From: Candidatus Latescibacterota bacterium | Lineage (GTDB): Bacteria; Latescibacterota; UBA2968; GCA-2709665 | NCBI GenBank assembly: GCA_965203805.1 | Contig: OZ241917.1 | Coordinates: forward strand, 3,488,001-3,552,000 | DNA: 64,000 nucleotides | Direction of reading: 5' to 3' | Shown here: positions 20,363 through 29,622 of the stretch, in pieces | Position numbering within the stretch: the stretch's first letter is position 1 | How the letters are laid out: the number at the start of each line of letters is the position of its first letter | Translations under genes and position numbers: made by a program | Notes under the pieces: generated by a model | What the model was told of the DNA's origin: nothing | What the model saw: the letters and a program-made list of their open reading frames with translations, nothing else | Database searches by the model: none

Positions 20363-21187
20363 ATGTCTACGTCCGACAGCAGCGTCATCGCGAAAAACAC
20401 GCAGGCCCTGGACGACGAGACCACGCGGAAGATCGTGGAACAGTTCAACCGCGACGGGTTTTATTTCATGGAGAATGTGCTCGATCCCGAGGAGGTGGAC
20501 GCACTGAGGGAGGGCATGGAGCGCAAATGGGACGATCCCCGGATCCAGGCGGACGAGGCCGGCGATCACATCCGCGGCATCAGCATGATGCGCATGTACG
20601 AGTACGACCGCAATTTCCGGGACCTGATCGAACGCGAGCCGATCGCCAGTCTGGCGGAAGCCATTCTGGGTGACGACTGCCACATGATGTCCCAGAATGC
20701 CCTGCGATACGAACCCGGCCAGGGCGGCGGATGGCACCTCGACGATCGAATCCACTTCCCGCTTCCCGACGGTGTCCCGCGCCACAATCCGGATGTCCCC
20801 GTCCCCTGCTTCGTGATGAACGTGATGATTCCGCTCAGCAGGGCCGACGCCGCGGAATACGGCGTCACCCAGGTCATTCCCGGCAGCCACTATGCCGGCC
20901 GACACCCGAATGACCGCGAGAATCCGACCTTCGAAGGCCGGAAACCGGTGTCCCTTTTCGCAAAAAAGGGCGACATATATTGGTTCCACAACCAGGTCTG
21001 GCATCGCGGTTTGCGGAACGATTCCGACCAGGTGCGTTACGTTGGCTCAATCGTCTACAGCCAGCGGATGATCGCCCAGCGCCTCTACCCGTTCATCGAT
21101 TACCGCATGCCCGACCACGTCTGGGAAGGCGCCGGTCCCCGCCTGCAGCGGCTCCTGGGCCGGCACGAAAAAGGAGCGTACGGATGA
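20363..21187 (+). CDS. PhyH-family dioxygenase
   Basis: FNRDGF, WHLD, IPGSH, VWHRG. Confidence 0.88.
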   Translation: MSTSDSSVIAKNTQALDDETTRKIVEQFNRDGFYFMENVLDPEEVDALREGMERKWDDPRIQADEAGDHIRGISMMRMYEYDRNFRDLIEREPIASLAEAILGDDCHMMSQNALRYEPGQGGGWHLDDRIHFPLPDGVPRHNPDVPVPCFVMNVMIPLSRADAAEYGVTQVIPGSHYAGRHPNDRENPTFEGRKPVSLFAKKGDIYWFHNQVWHRGLRNDSDQVRYVGSIVYSQRMIAQRLYPFIDYRMPDHVWEGAGPRLQRLLGRHEKGAYG

Positions 21188-21194
21188 GGAAAAG

Positions 21195-21400
21195 CAGCTA
21201 TTGGCCATCAGCCTTTAGCTGTCAGCCAAAAGCAGAATCAAGAACAGCTCACACGAAGACACGAAGACACAAAGGAAAACCGGAAATACCTGAAAGGAGG
21301 GCAACCACAAGGGTTGCCTGCCTGCGCAGCGTACTGCGCTGCAGGCAGGCCCCTACAATCCGGAATTCAGCAATCAGCTTTCAGTCGTCAGCCAGAAGCA
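21195..21400. repeat. Cluster of short repeats: TCAGC heptamers, CACGAAGA repeats and a REP-like hairpin with a nested palindrome
   Basis: CACGAAGACACGAAGACACAAAG; GGGCAACCACAAGGGTTG[33-nt insert]CCCCTACA; TCAGCAATCAGCTTTCAGTCGTCAGC. Confidence 0.7.
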
Positions 21401-21498
21401 AAAGCCCACCCAATTGACGTCAGCGCCGAGACCCGTTAAATCAGTAAGCGGCGCGTCGAGGGCAAGATGCCCTCTCTCCCGGGAAACCCAGGGTCAGA

Positions 21499-22239
21499 AT
21501 GCTCGAACCCCGCGCGAATTCAAAGGTCTACCTCCACAGGGTGTTGGACGAAGATGGAGAATCGGGATACCTTGCCTGGATACCATCGTGTCTGGGCTTT
21601 GCTACATGGGGCGAGACCGAAAACGAAGTCCTTGCAAAGGTCCCCGAAAAATTGCTGGAGTACATTCGATTTCGTGAACGGTTTGGAGTGCCGTGCCCAG
21701 CGGGATCGCGGCTATCCGAAGTGGAGGTTGCCGAACGGGTCAGCGGGAACGAGATACTGTTCGACTGGGATTACCTGCCGGCAACACCCTCATTGATTGA
21801 TGAGACGATCGGTTTGCTTCATGCCACGCGTACACACCTTCTGAGTCTGGTCGCCGGGTTGTCGGACGACGCCTTGGATTGGAATCCGCCGTATCGCCGC
21901 TTTTCAACCTGGGCGAACTGGCGAACGATCCGCCAAATCCTCGTGCACATTGCAAACGCAGAAACTCACTATTACTTGCCAAATATCGGTATTCACCCTG
22001 CTGTTCCGCCCGCTGGCAGTAGGGATCCGTGGAAGCATAACTTGCGGAAACATCGAAACGTGACAACGGAAGCGTTACGGAAGTTGAAAGCAGAACAAGA
22101 CCTTTCGCGGGTTCATTTCTTTGATGCCGAGGGCGGGTGGTCCGTGGGGAAAGTCCTGCGTCGTCTGGTATGGCACGAGCGCCTTCATTTCAAGAGTATT
22201 GAACGAATAATCGGAGTCTACCAGGCGCAGGGTCAATGA
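21499..22239 (+). CDS. HicB-like N-terminal domain fused to DinB-like domain
   Basis: YLAWIPSCLGFATWGETENE; TIRQILVHIANAE; KVLRRLVWHERLH. Confidence 0.65.
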   Translation: MLEPRANSKVYLHRVLDEDGESGYLAWIPSCLGFATWGETENEVLAKVPEKLLEYIRFRERFGVPCPAGSRLSEVEVAERVSGNEILFDWDYLPATPSLIDETIGLLHATRTHLLSLVAGLSDDALDWNPPYRRFSTWANWRTIRQILVHIANAETHYYLPNIGIHPAVPPAGSRDPWKHNLRKHRNVTTEALRKLKAEQDLSRVHFFDAEGGWSVGKVLRRLVWHERLHFKSIERIIGVYQAQGQ

Positions 22240-22298
22240 AGTATTGTCAGTGCCTGCCGCACTGCATATCACACGTCAGCGCAAAGAGGGGGCGTAGC

Positions 22299-22661
22299 GT
22301 GCCAAACGTTCAGGGAATCGGCGGTTTCTTCTTTCGGGCAAAAGACCCGGACGGACTTGCGAAATGGTACCACGATCACCTCGGCATCAATCCTGCTCCC
22401 ACGAATATGGAGATGGCGCCCTGGGTGACCGGGTCCGGGGTCACGGTTTTCTCACCCTTCGATGCCGACACGGACTATTTTGCGGCGGACAAGACTTTCA
22501 TGCTGAATTTCCGCGTGGCCGATCTGGACGCGATGATCGCACAACTGAAATCCGCGGATATCGAGGTCAGCCACGAAAGCGAGATGGAGGGTATCGGCCG
22601 CTTCGCCCGCATCCACGACCCCGAAGGAAACCCGATCGAGCTTTGGGAACCCGTGTCGTGA
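22299..22661 (+). CDS. VOC/glyoxalase family protein
   Basis: GIGGFFFRAKDP, MLNFRVADLD, DPEGNPIELWEP; GTG start after GAGGGGG. Confidence 0.88.
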   Translation: MPNVQGIGGFFFRAKDPDGLAKWYHDHLGINPAPTNMEMAPWVTGSGVTVFSPFDADTDYFAADKTFMLNFRVADLDAMIAQLKSADIEVSHESEMEGIGRFARIHDPEGNPIELWEPVS

Positions 22662-22917
22662 GATTTACACGTATGCTGGTGGACGCGACGGCACGCGAAT
22701 GACTCGAAACCCTCTGGGCCTCCGTTTGTGAAACCGGAATCCCTCGTAAACGAACGAGTATTCGAGAGAGCGAGGGATCACAACGGCCTCAATCCCCGGC
22801 TGACTGCCTGATCCGAAGTCAATCCGACCTATATTGGCCATTGGAGTTGCTTTTTCGGAAATCAATGCACTCATTCAAGGGGCTGCATATTTCGGCAATC
22901 TGAATTCGCCTTCGCCC

Positions 22918-22946
22918 TTGCCACAGTCTTCCATTGTATGTATAAT
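22918..22946 (+). promoter_or_regulatory. Sigma70-like promoter
   Basis: TTGCCA-17 nt-TATAAT upstream of the DUF2188 gene. Confidence 0.6.
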
Positions 22947-23066
22947 TTCATTCGCCACCCGGAATGAGCTTGGTTTTGGGATAATCAACTCAGTGTGTGT
23001 ACACACGCTGTGTTATATTTGTAGTCGACTCAATGAAGCACGCACGAGGGTGAGAAGGGACCTGCC

Positions 23067-23282
23067 ATGGCGCGAAAATCACAAGCATCCAATTGCAAGA
23101 GAGTGCACGTCATCTCAAGAAGAGATCGCTGGGTCGTCAAGAAGGAAGGGAATTCCAGGGCGTCGAAAATCTACGATACCAAGTCTGCTGCCGAAAAAGG
23201 CGCCAGCGAAATATCGAATGGCAGTGATGTTGTGATCCATAGACGAGATGGAACTGTACAAAAATGGATAAAGGCTAAGTGA
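23067..23282 (+). CDS. DUF2188 family small protein
   Basis: HVISRRDRWVVKKEGNSRAS...TKSAA...VVIHRRDG. Confidence 0.8.
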   Translation: MARKSQASNCKRVHVISRRDRWVVKKEGNSRASKIYDTKSAAEKGASEISNGSDVVIHRRDGTVQKWIKAK

Positions 23283-23896
23283 ACAGCCCGGGGAATTTCC
23301 ATTCCAACGTCTTCATCAACTGTCCCTTTGATAACGATTACACGCAGCTACTGAGACCTCTCCTGTTCAGTGCTGTTCGTGCTGGCCTGACGGTGAGAAT
23401 TGCATCGGAGACTTTTGACTCCGGAGTTGCGAGGATCCATCGAATATGTGATCTGGTACGTGAATCCAAATACAGTGTGCATGATCTGTCAAGGATGCGA
23501 GCGTCGTTCGAAGGCGAAATCCACAGGATGAATATGCCCTTCGAACTGGGTCTCGACATCGGTTGCCGGGTCTTCTCTCGCGGCTTAATGAGTCAAAAGC
23601 GATGTTTGATTTTGGAAACCGAACAGTACGAGTACCAAAAGGCGCTGTCTGATCTCTCGAACTCCGACATTAAACGCCATCGTGATGAGCCTGAAGAACT
23701 GATCCGGCAAGTCCGCAACTGGTTTGTTGAGGTCGGCATCAATGGAGTTCCGAGCGGTACCGTGATATGGGAACAATTCAACGAGTTTATGGCCACCTTC
23801 TATCATGAGAGGGAGGCCGAGGGCTTCAGGGACAAAGATCTGGAGATGATGCCTGTTCCTGAGTATGTCGGATACATAAGAGACTGGGTAGGATGA
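23279..23896 (+). CDS. Nucleoside 2-deoxyribosyltransferase-like/TIR-like Rossmannoid protein
   Basis: VFINCPFD, YSVHDLSR, NMPFELG, SDLSNSDI; GTG overlaps the DUF2188 stop (GTGA). Confidence 0.6.
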   Translation: MNSPGNFHSNVFINCPFDNDYTQLLRPLLFSAVRAGLTVRIASETFDSGVARIHRICDLVRESKYSVHDLSRMRASFEGEIHRMNMPFELGLDIGCRVFSRGLMSQKRCLILETEQYEYQKALSDLSNSDIKRHRDEPEELIRQVRNWFVEVGINGVPSGTVIWEQFNEFMATFYHEREAEGFRDKDLEMMPVPEYVGYIRDWVG

Positions 23897-24118
23897 CATA
23901 ATTAAAAACCAGAAGTTGCCGTTTCAACCTCTTGTGAGATTTCGCACGAGGTTTTCGTTTATTCGGGTAGAGCCATCTGTGCCTGCATTAGTGAGACAGC
24001 TGTACTCCGCAAATAGGTGAGCAATCGAAGGAGTGAAGGAACAGAGGTTTATCCAACCAACATCGCCATTCGGAGTTATATTTCCGGAAAACGCGCACTC
24101 ACTCAGGGAACTGAATAG

Positions 24119-24358
24119 ATGACAGACTTGCTTCAGCAGGCAATTTCAGAAACTCAGAAGCTGCCGCCAGACAAGCAGGATGCCATTGCCGCACGTATTC
24201 TATTCGAACTTAAGGATGAACAGCTTTGGAAAGCACGTTTTGATGCCACAACCGATGAACAGTGGGATCGATTGACCCAAGCGGCAAGAACAGGAATTGC
24301 CACAAGCGAAACGATCGCATTTGATGATGTTTTTCCAGTTGATCCATCTCAGCAATGA
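24119..24358 (+). CDS. Small antitoxin-like protein, orphan
   Basis: MTDLLQQAISETQKLPPDKQDAIAARIL...W...F resembles addiction-module antitoxins; no toxin follows. Confidence 0.55.
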   Translation: MTDLLQQAISETQKLPPDKQDAIAARILFELKDEQLWKARFDATTDEQWDRLTQAARTGIATSETIAFDDVFPVDPSQQ

Positions 24359-24384
24359 CGTTCAGTTTAACGAAAGGAATCACC

Positions 24385-25455
24385 ATGAAGAAATCCGATC
24401 CGTATGAAAAGGGCCTCGCGGCCGGTGAAGCGGCCGCATCCGCCTCTGGAGGCGGGTCACAGTCATCGCCGAACGGCGGGCGCATGTACGTGCGCACCCA
24501 GAGTTTCGGGTCCACCGATGCGGAATTGCGCTTTCTACAGCGCTGCGGCGTGCGCCACAAAGCCGTCGTCTTTCCGTTCCACGAAGACCGTGGCTGGGAC
24601 CTCGACGAGCTGGTCCAGGTACGGGAGCGCCACGAGGCCTTCGGGATCACGCTGGATATGAGCTCGCTGCCCATATACGAGCGTTTTCCCAACATCATCT
24701 ATTATGGCAAGAGCCCGGAGCGCGACAGGGAGATCGACATCGTATGCGAGATGATCCGGACCGCTTCGCGCGCGGGCATCGACTCGCTGCGATACAACAC
24801 GTGCGTACTGCCCATCGACCGCACCGAACCGGAAGAAGGCCGCGGCGGGTTCTACCATACCGCGTTCCGCCTGGAGAAAATCCCGGCGGAAGACAAGGCC
24901 AGGCTGACCGAGGCCGGGCGCGTCACGGCCGACATGTACTGGGAAAGAATCGAGTATTTGCTGGAACGCATGATTCCGGTGGCGGAAGAATTCAAGGTTC
25001 GAATGGGCAATTCCCAGGAGGACCCCGCCACACCCCCCGGCTACCGGGGCGTTGACAAGGTCCTCAATGACTTCGAGGGCATGAAGCGTTTCATCGAGAT
25101 AAAGCGCGGTCCGTATCACGGCTGGAACTTCTGCGTGGGCTCCGTCGCCGAAGGGCTCAAAGACCCGGCCAGTGAAATCTACCCCATCATCGAGTACTTC
25201 GGCAGCCGGAATACGATCTTCCTGGTCCACTACCGCAACATCATCGGGGGCCAGTACAGCTTCCGCGAGTCTCTGCCCGATGAAGGCGACATGGACTTCC
25301 ACCTCGTCTTGAAGGCGCTGAAGGACACGGGCTACCGTTACGGCATCGATCCCGACCACGTCCCGTGGACCGACGACGACCCGAACCGCTCCTACCAGTC
25401 CTACGCCTACTGCTTCGGCTACATCAACGCCATGATCCAGGCGGTGTATGGGTAG
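24385..25455 (+). CDS. Mannonate dehydratase (UxuA) family protein
   Basis: YLLERMIPVAEE, EDP, VHYRN, DEGDMD, PDHVP. Confidence 0.8.
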   Translation: MKKSDPYEKGLAAGEAAASASGGGSQSSPNGGRMYVRTQSFGSTDAELRFLQRCGVRHKAVVFPFHEDRGWDLDELVQVRERHEAFGITLDMSSLPIYERFPNIIYYGKSPERDREIDIVCEMIRTASRAGIDSLRYNTCVLPIDRTEPEEGRGGFYHTAFRLEKIPAEDKARLTEAGRVTADMYWERIEYLLERMIPVAEEFKVRMGNSQEDPATPPGYRGVDKVLNDFEGMKRFIEIKRGPYHGWNFCVGSVAEGLKDPASEIYPIIEYFGSRNTIFLVHYRNIIGGQYSFRESLPDEGDMDFHLVLKALKDTGYRYGIDPDHVPWTDDDPNRSYQSYAYCFGYINAMIQAVYG

Positions 25456-25554
25456 CACAGATGAATGTGGACCCTCCACCTTGCCACGGAACTGCTCCCC
25501 GCCATTCCTTCCGGTCCGGACAACCGAACCGGCGCGCGGGCAAAGGACAACAAC

Positions 25555-26400
25555 ATGGAACCGGCTGAAATCGCGCACCATATCAGGGAAAACGGCTACT
25601 GCATCGTTCAGGACGTCATCCCCTCGGGGGAAGTGGGCAGGATCCGCGACCGCGTTGTGCGTGCGCAGGCCGCCCAGGACGCCGCCCACCAGGCCAGGGA
25701 GAAGGCGACTCGAGCCAGGGGCCACCGGGTTGGAGCCCGCGGCGTGGGCGTGCTCAAGCAGGCGCTCAATGAAGACCAGTCTTTCGCACCGTACCTGGCC
25801 GACCCGCGGATCATCGGGACCCTCGAGATCATCTTCGGACCCTGGCTGCGGGTCTCCTGCACCGACGCCGTGGTGAACCACTCGGGGAACGAGCGCGGGT
25901 ACTGGCACGCGGACTGGCCGTTCAACCAGACGAACGCCTCCAATGTCCCGGCGCCCTACCCGGACGTGATGATGCACGCGTCGTCGCTGTGGATGCTGAC
26001 CGATTTCACCGCCGCAAACGGAGGGACGCTGCTGTTGCCGGGCACGCACCGGAAGGACCGCAATCCGGCGACGGGAGACCTGCCCGGCTTCGACAACGAG
26101 GCGCCCCAGCCGACCGAGATCAACGCGGTGGGCACGGCGGGGTCCGTGCTGCTCTACGACAGCCGGCAGTGGCACGCGGTTGCCCCCAACAGGAGCGGCA
26201 GCCCCAGGGTGGCCCTGATCGTGCGCTACGCTCCCTGGTGGCTGAACCTGAATCCCACGCACGTGGGCACGCCGGAGCACGAGATGATGGTGGTGGAGAC
26301 CGGCGGGAAGAACTACGAGATGGAGCCCCTCCGCCGCGACGTATACGACGGGCTTCCGGAGGACGTGAAGCCGCTCTTCCGGCACTTCGTGGCCAAATAA
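25555..26400 (+). CDS. PhyH-family dioxygenase
   Basis: ENGYC, WHADWP, NGGTLLLPGTH, WHAVAPN. Confidence 0.88.
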   Translation: MEPAEIAHHIRENGYCIVQDVIPSGEVGRIRDRVVRAQAAQDAAHQAREKATRARGHRVGARGVGVLKQALNEDQSFAPYLADPRIIGTLEIIFGPWLRVSCTDAVVNHSGNERGYWHADWPFNQTNASNVPAPYPDVMMHASSLWMLTDFTAANGGTLLLPGTHRKDRNPATGDLPGFDNEAPQPTEINAVGTAGSVLLYDSRQWHAVAPNRSGSPRVALIVRYAPWWLNLNPTHVGTPEHEMMVVETGGKNYEMEPLRRDVYDGLPEDVKPLFRHFVAK

Positions 26401-26662
26401 AGCCACGGCAAACCCTGACCGACCCTTCGGCAGGCTCAGGGCACCGCAAGCTCAGGGATCTACTCAGGACAACGCACACGGTGCTGGATTATGGACCGGA
26501 AACTGCTGCTTCGTCTAAATCAAAAGGATGATTCAGGCGGTCTATAGATGGTCCATATGCAGGATGATCCGGCCGGCAGCGCCATATCTCGAGCAACTTG
26601 CACCTCGCCTGGAAGGTCGGGATGGAGATCAGACGCACGAACTGAAACCGCGAGGAGGGATT

Positions 26663-26860
26663 ATGAGGTATAAAATCGCGCTTCACAAATCTGAAGAAGG
26701 CTATAGTGTCTCCGTACCCGGCCTGCCTGGTTGCTGGTCGCAGGGAGCCACAGAAGTTGACGCGATTGCAAACATCGAGGCGGCCATACGCGAGTATCTT
26801 GAAGTTGTTGACAAATTGCTGGACAATGTAGAAGTACGAGAAATCGAGCTGACGGTATAG
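26663..26860 (+). CDS. hicB: HicB-like antitoxin (short, no DNA-binding domain)
   Basis: EGYSVSVPGLPGCWSQGAT..DAIANIEAAIREYL; GAGGAGG RBS. Confidence 0.88.
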   Translation: MRYKIALHKSEEGYSVSVPGLPGCWSQGATEVDAIANIEAAIREYLEVVDKLLDNVEVREIELTV

Positions 26861-26861
26861 C

Positions 26862-27074
26862 ATGCCGAGACTGCCAGGAGTAAACCATTTGGATGCAGTC
26901 CGTGCATTAGAGAAAGCAGGATTTTACCTGGCACGCCAAAGCAAACACGTAGTTATGACAGATGGCGTGCGCATTCTGACAATCCCGCGAAACAACCCTG
27001 TGAATGCCTTTACGATGGGAGGAATCGTCAGGGACGCGGGATTATCTATTGAGGAATTTCGCAAGCTCTTGTGA
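26862..27074 (+). CDS. hicA: HicA toxin
   Basis: ALEKAGF..ARQSKHVVM...LTIPR...IVRDAGLS. Confidence 0.88.
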   Translation: MPRLPGVNHLDAVRALEKAGFYLARQSKHVVMTDGVRILTIPRNNPVNAFTMGGIVRDAGLSIEEFRKLL

Positions 27075-27289
27075 TGGCCAAACTTCGGTACTGAAAATTC
27101 CCTGCCATCGGCGGATCTTGCGGTCCACATTCGGCTGTAGACGTGGCCGACCGATCTCAATCTGACGATGCCGGGTTTTTCGCAGGGACGACTGGAAGGT
27201 CGGCATTACCCAAACGTAGAGGCGTTCGTTCAAGACACAACTTTGAAACAGGCGAAACGCTGATCTGACCGGATCAGGAGGCAACGCCC

Positions 27290-28033
27290 TTGGAATGGTT
27301 TGAAGACGAGTCGTTCTGGACCGCGACCTATCCGTTTCTTTTTTCGGAGGCGAGGTTTGAGGCCGCCGAGCAGCACCTTGACAACATCCTGGATCTGGTC
27401 GGCATCGAATCCGGTTCAGTACTCGACCTGTGTTGCGGCCCGGGCCGCAGCGCGATCCCCCTGGCGCAGCGCGGGTTTCAAGTCACCGCGGTAGACAGGA
27501 GCCCGTTTCTTCTGGGCAAAGCGAAGGCGAGGGCGGCGCACGAGAATCTGAACATTGAATGGATCGAGAGCGATATGCGGGAGTTCGAGCGTCCGGCTGC
27601 CTTCGATCTGGTCCTCAATCTCAACACCTCGTTTGGCTATTTCGATGAGAAGGACGAGGACGTCGGGGTGCTGCGAAAGATCTTCGTCAGCCTGAAGCCC
27701 GGCGGACGTCTCGTGATGGATCTCATGGGTAAGGAGAAGCTGGCGCGGATCTTCCAGCCGACGACGTCCGAGAAGCTTGAAGACGGTACCGTGCTGGTGC
27801 AGCGGCACGAGATCTTCGACGAATGGACCCGCATCAGGAATGAGTGGATCATTATCAAGGGTTCGGAGGTCCGCACGTTCGAGTTTCACCACACGATATA
27901 TTCCGGACAGGAACTGAAAGACAGATTGCTTGCCGTTGGATTTGGCGACGTGAAACTCTACGGGAGTTTCGAAGGGGAGGAATACGGCAGGGAATCCAAC
28001 CGGTTTGTAGCCGTCGCCGAAAGACCGCGATGA
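27290..28033 (+). CDS. Class I SAM-dependent methyltransferase
   Basis: VLDLCCGPGR, DMRE, TSFGYF, LKPGG. Confidence 0.9.
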   Translation: MEWFEDESFWTATYPFLFSEARFEAAEQHLDNILDLVGIESGSVLDLCCGPGRSAIPLAQRGFQVTAVDRSPFLLGKAKARAAHENLNIEWIESDMREFERPAAFDLVLNLNTSFGYFDEKDEDVGVLRKIFVSLKPGGRLVMDLMGKEKLARIFQPTTSEKLEDGTVLVQRHEIFDEWTRIRNEWIIIKGSEVRTFEFHHTIYSGQELKDRLLAVGFGDVKLYGSFEGEEYGRESNRFVAVAERPR

Positions 28034-28127
28034 CGGCTGTCCGATCGTCCGGAAGAACGCAACAACCCGGCGCAATGAAGCTTTGGACACGGCAAAGCGC
28101 TTGACCATCTGATGAACGAAAATCCAC

Positions 28128-28553
28128 ATGAACACACCTGACCCGATGTCAATCCGATACCAGAATACGCTTGAGGGGATCGGGTCCGACAATCTTGGGG
28201 GTCATTTCCAGGGTTGGCCGAACCCACCCTCGCCGGATGCGCATCTGAGGATTCTACAGGGCAGCGATTACCTTGTTGTGGCGTGCTCGCCGGAAGGCAA
28301 GGTCATCGGCTGGATTTCAGCCGTCTCGGATGGCGTGTCCTGCGCATATATTCCACATCTAAGCGTACTGCCGGCATACCAGGGCAAGGGCATTGGCGCC
28401 GAGCTTGTCAGGCGGATGCGCGAACAGGTTGGACACCTTTACATGATCGACCTTGTGTGCGACCGGGACGTGGCTGATTTCTACGTCAAGCAGGGTTTCT
28501 CGGAATGCGTGGGCATGGTCGTTCGCAATTTCGAGCGACAGAACTGCGAATAG
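28128..28553 (+). CDS. GNAT acetyltransferase
   Basis: SDGVSCAYI, VLPAYQGKGIG, FYVKQGF. Confidence 0.88.
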   Translation: MNTPDPMSIRYQNTLEGIGSDNLGGHFQGWPNPPSPDAHLRILQGSDYLVVACSPEGKVIGWISAVSDGVSCAYIPHLSVLPAYQGKGIGAELVRRMREQVGHLYMIDLVCDRDVADFYVKQGFSECVGMVVRNFERQNCE

Positions 28554-28560
28554 GGTTTCG

Positions 28561-29280
28561 ATGACGCCTCATTCCAGCGATGGGATATCCGAAGAAACGG
28601 CTCGGTACTACGCCGCGCGTGCTCCGGAATACGACCACAGCGCGGGATATCTGACGCTCGACGCGCATCCTTACCGCGCTGCGAAGAAGAAGCGATACCA
28701 GCAGCTGTTTCATGGCCACGACGTACTCGAGATTGCGTGTGGGACGGGATACTGGACGAACGCCCTGGCGGAAACCGCGATGTCGATTGTCGGCATTGAC
28801 GTCAACCCGGAAATGATCTCGCGTGCGCGCTCCAGGTGCGAACATCTCTCGCACGTGAACTTCCGTCTGGCTGACGCGTATTCCCTGGATCCCGCGGTCG
28901 GTACATTCACGGCAGCGTTCGCTGTGTGGTGGTGGTCCCACGTCCCCAGGTCCCGCCTGCGGCAGTTTCTGCAATCGCTTCACCGCAGGCTGATTCCCGG
29001 AGCATTTGTGCTGTTTTCGGACCAGCTTGAATATGAAATTCCCAGGGTTGATGGAATGGCCACACAAAGGCATGAGAATGCCAACGGCGATACCATCGAG
29101 CGGCGGGTTCTATCGGATGGGCGAGAGTACGATATCGTGAAGAATTTCCCGACGGAGCGGGAACTAGTTTCATCCGTGAGTGGCTTCGGATCGGACATTC
29201 AGTACCGGGAGTGGCCGGGAGAAAAGCATTGGGAGCTGACGTACAAGTCTGGCAAAACGCAAGATAGGGCAAAACCCTGA
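28561..29280 (+). CDS. Class I SAM-dependent methyltransferase
   Basis: YYAARAPEYD, LEIACGTGYWT, WWSHVP, IVKNFP. Confidence 0.88.
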   Translation: MTPHSSDGISEETARYYAARAPEYDHSAGYLTLDAHPYRAAKKKRYQQLFHGHDVLEIACGTGYWTNALAETAMSIVGIDVNPEMISRARSRCEHLSHVNFRLADAYSLDPAVGTFTAAFAVWWWSHVPRSRLRQFLQSLHRRLIPGAFVLFSDQLEYEIPRVDGMATQRHENANGDTIERRVLSDGREYDIVKNFPTERELVSSVSGFGSDIQYREWPGEKHWELTYKSGKTQDRAKP

Positions 29281-29555
29281 ATAGCATCTACCAACTCCTC
29301 GAGTATTACGAGATCGCATTCTCTTTCCGCGATATTCCGCGGGAGGTAGACGTTCTGGAGGAGGCCGCCCGTCGCATTGCAGAGATCCCTGTCAAGACCT
29401 TTCTCGAGATCGGATGCGGCAACAGCCCCCTCAGGGAAGAGCTGGCAGGCAGAGGCTACGATTTCATAGGAATCGACACAAGTGACGAAATGCTCACGTA
29501 CTCGAAGGAGAAAGCCAGGAAACGGGGAGTTCACGCGCGGTTTGTGAAGGCGATC
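29277..29555 (+). pseudogene. Truncated class I methyltransferase (N-terminal third)
   Basis: Manual translation from CTG overlapping the previous stop: LNSIYQLLEYYEIAFSFRDIPREVD...FLEIGCGNS...GIDTSDEML...FVKA, then similarity is lost. Confidence 0.7.
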
Positions 29556-29622
29556 AAGGAAGGCCGTTCTCTGCGGGCTCTGCGGGTAAAAAGAGACGGT
29601 ACAGATTTTGGAGGTCATCGCT

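Noticed and set aside
24535-26406. 623-aa minus-strand ORF
   Set aside because: Antisense shadow of the uxuA-like and PhyH genes in GC-rich DNA; no motifs
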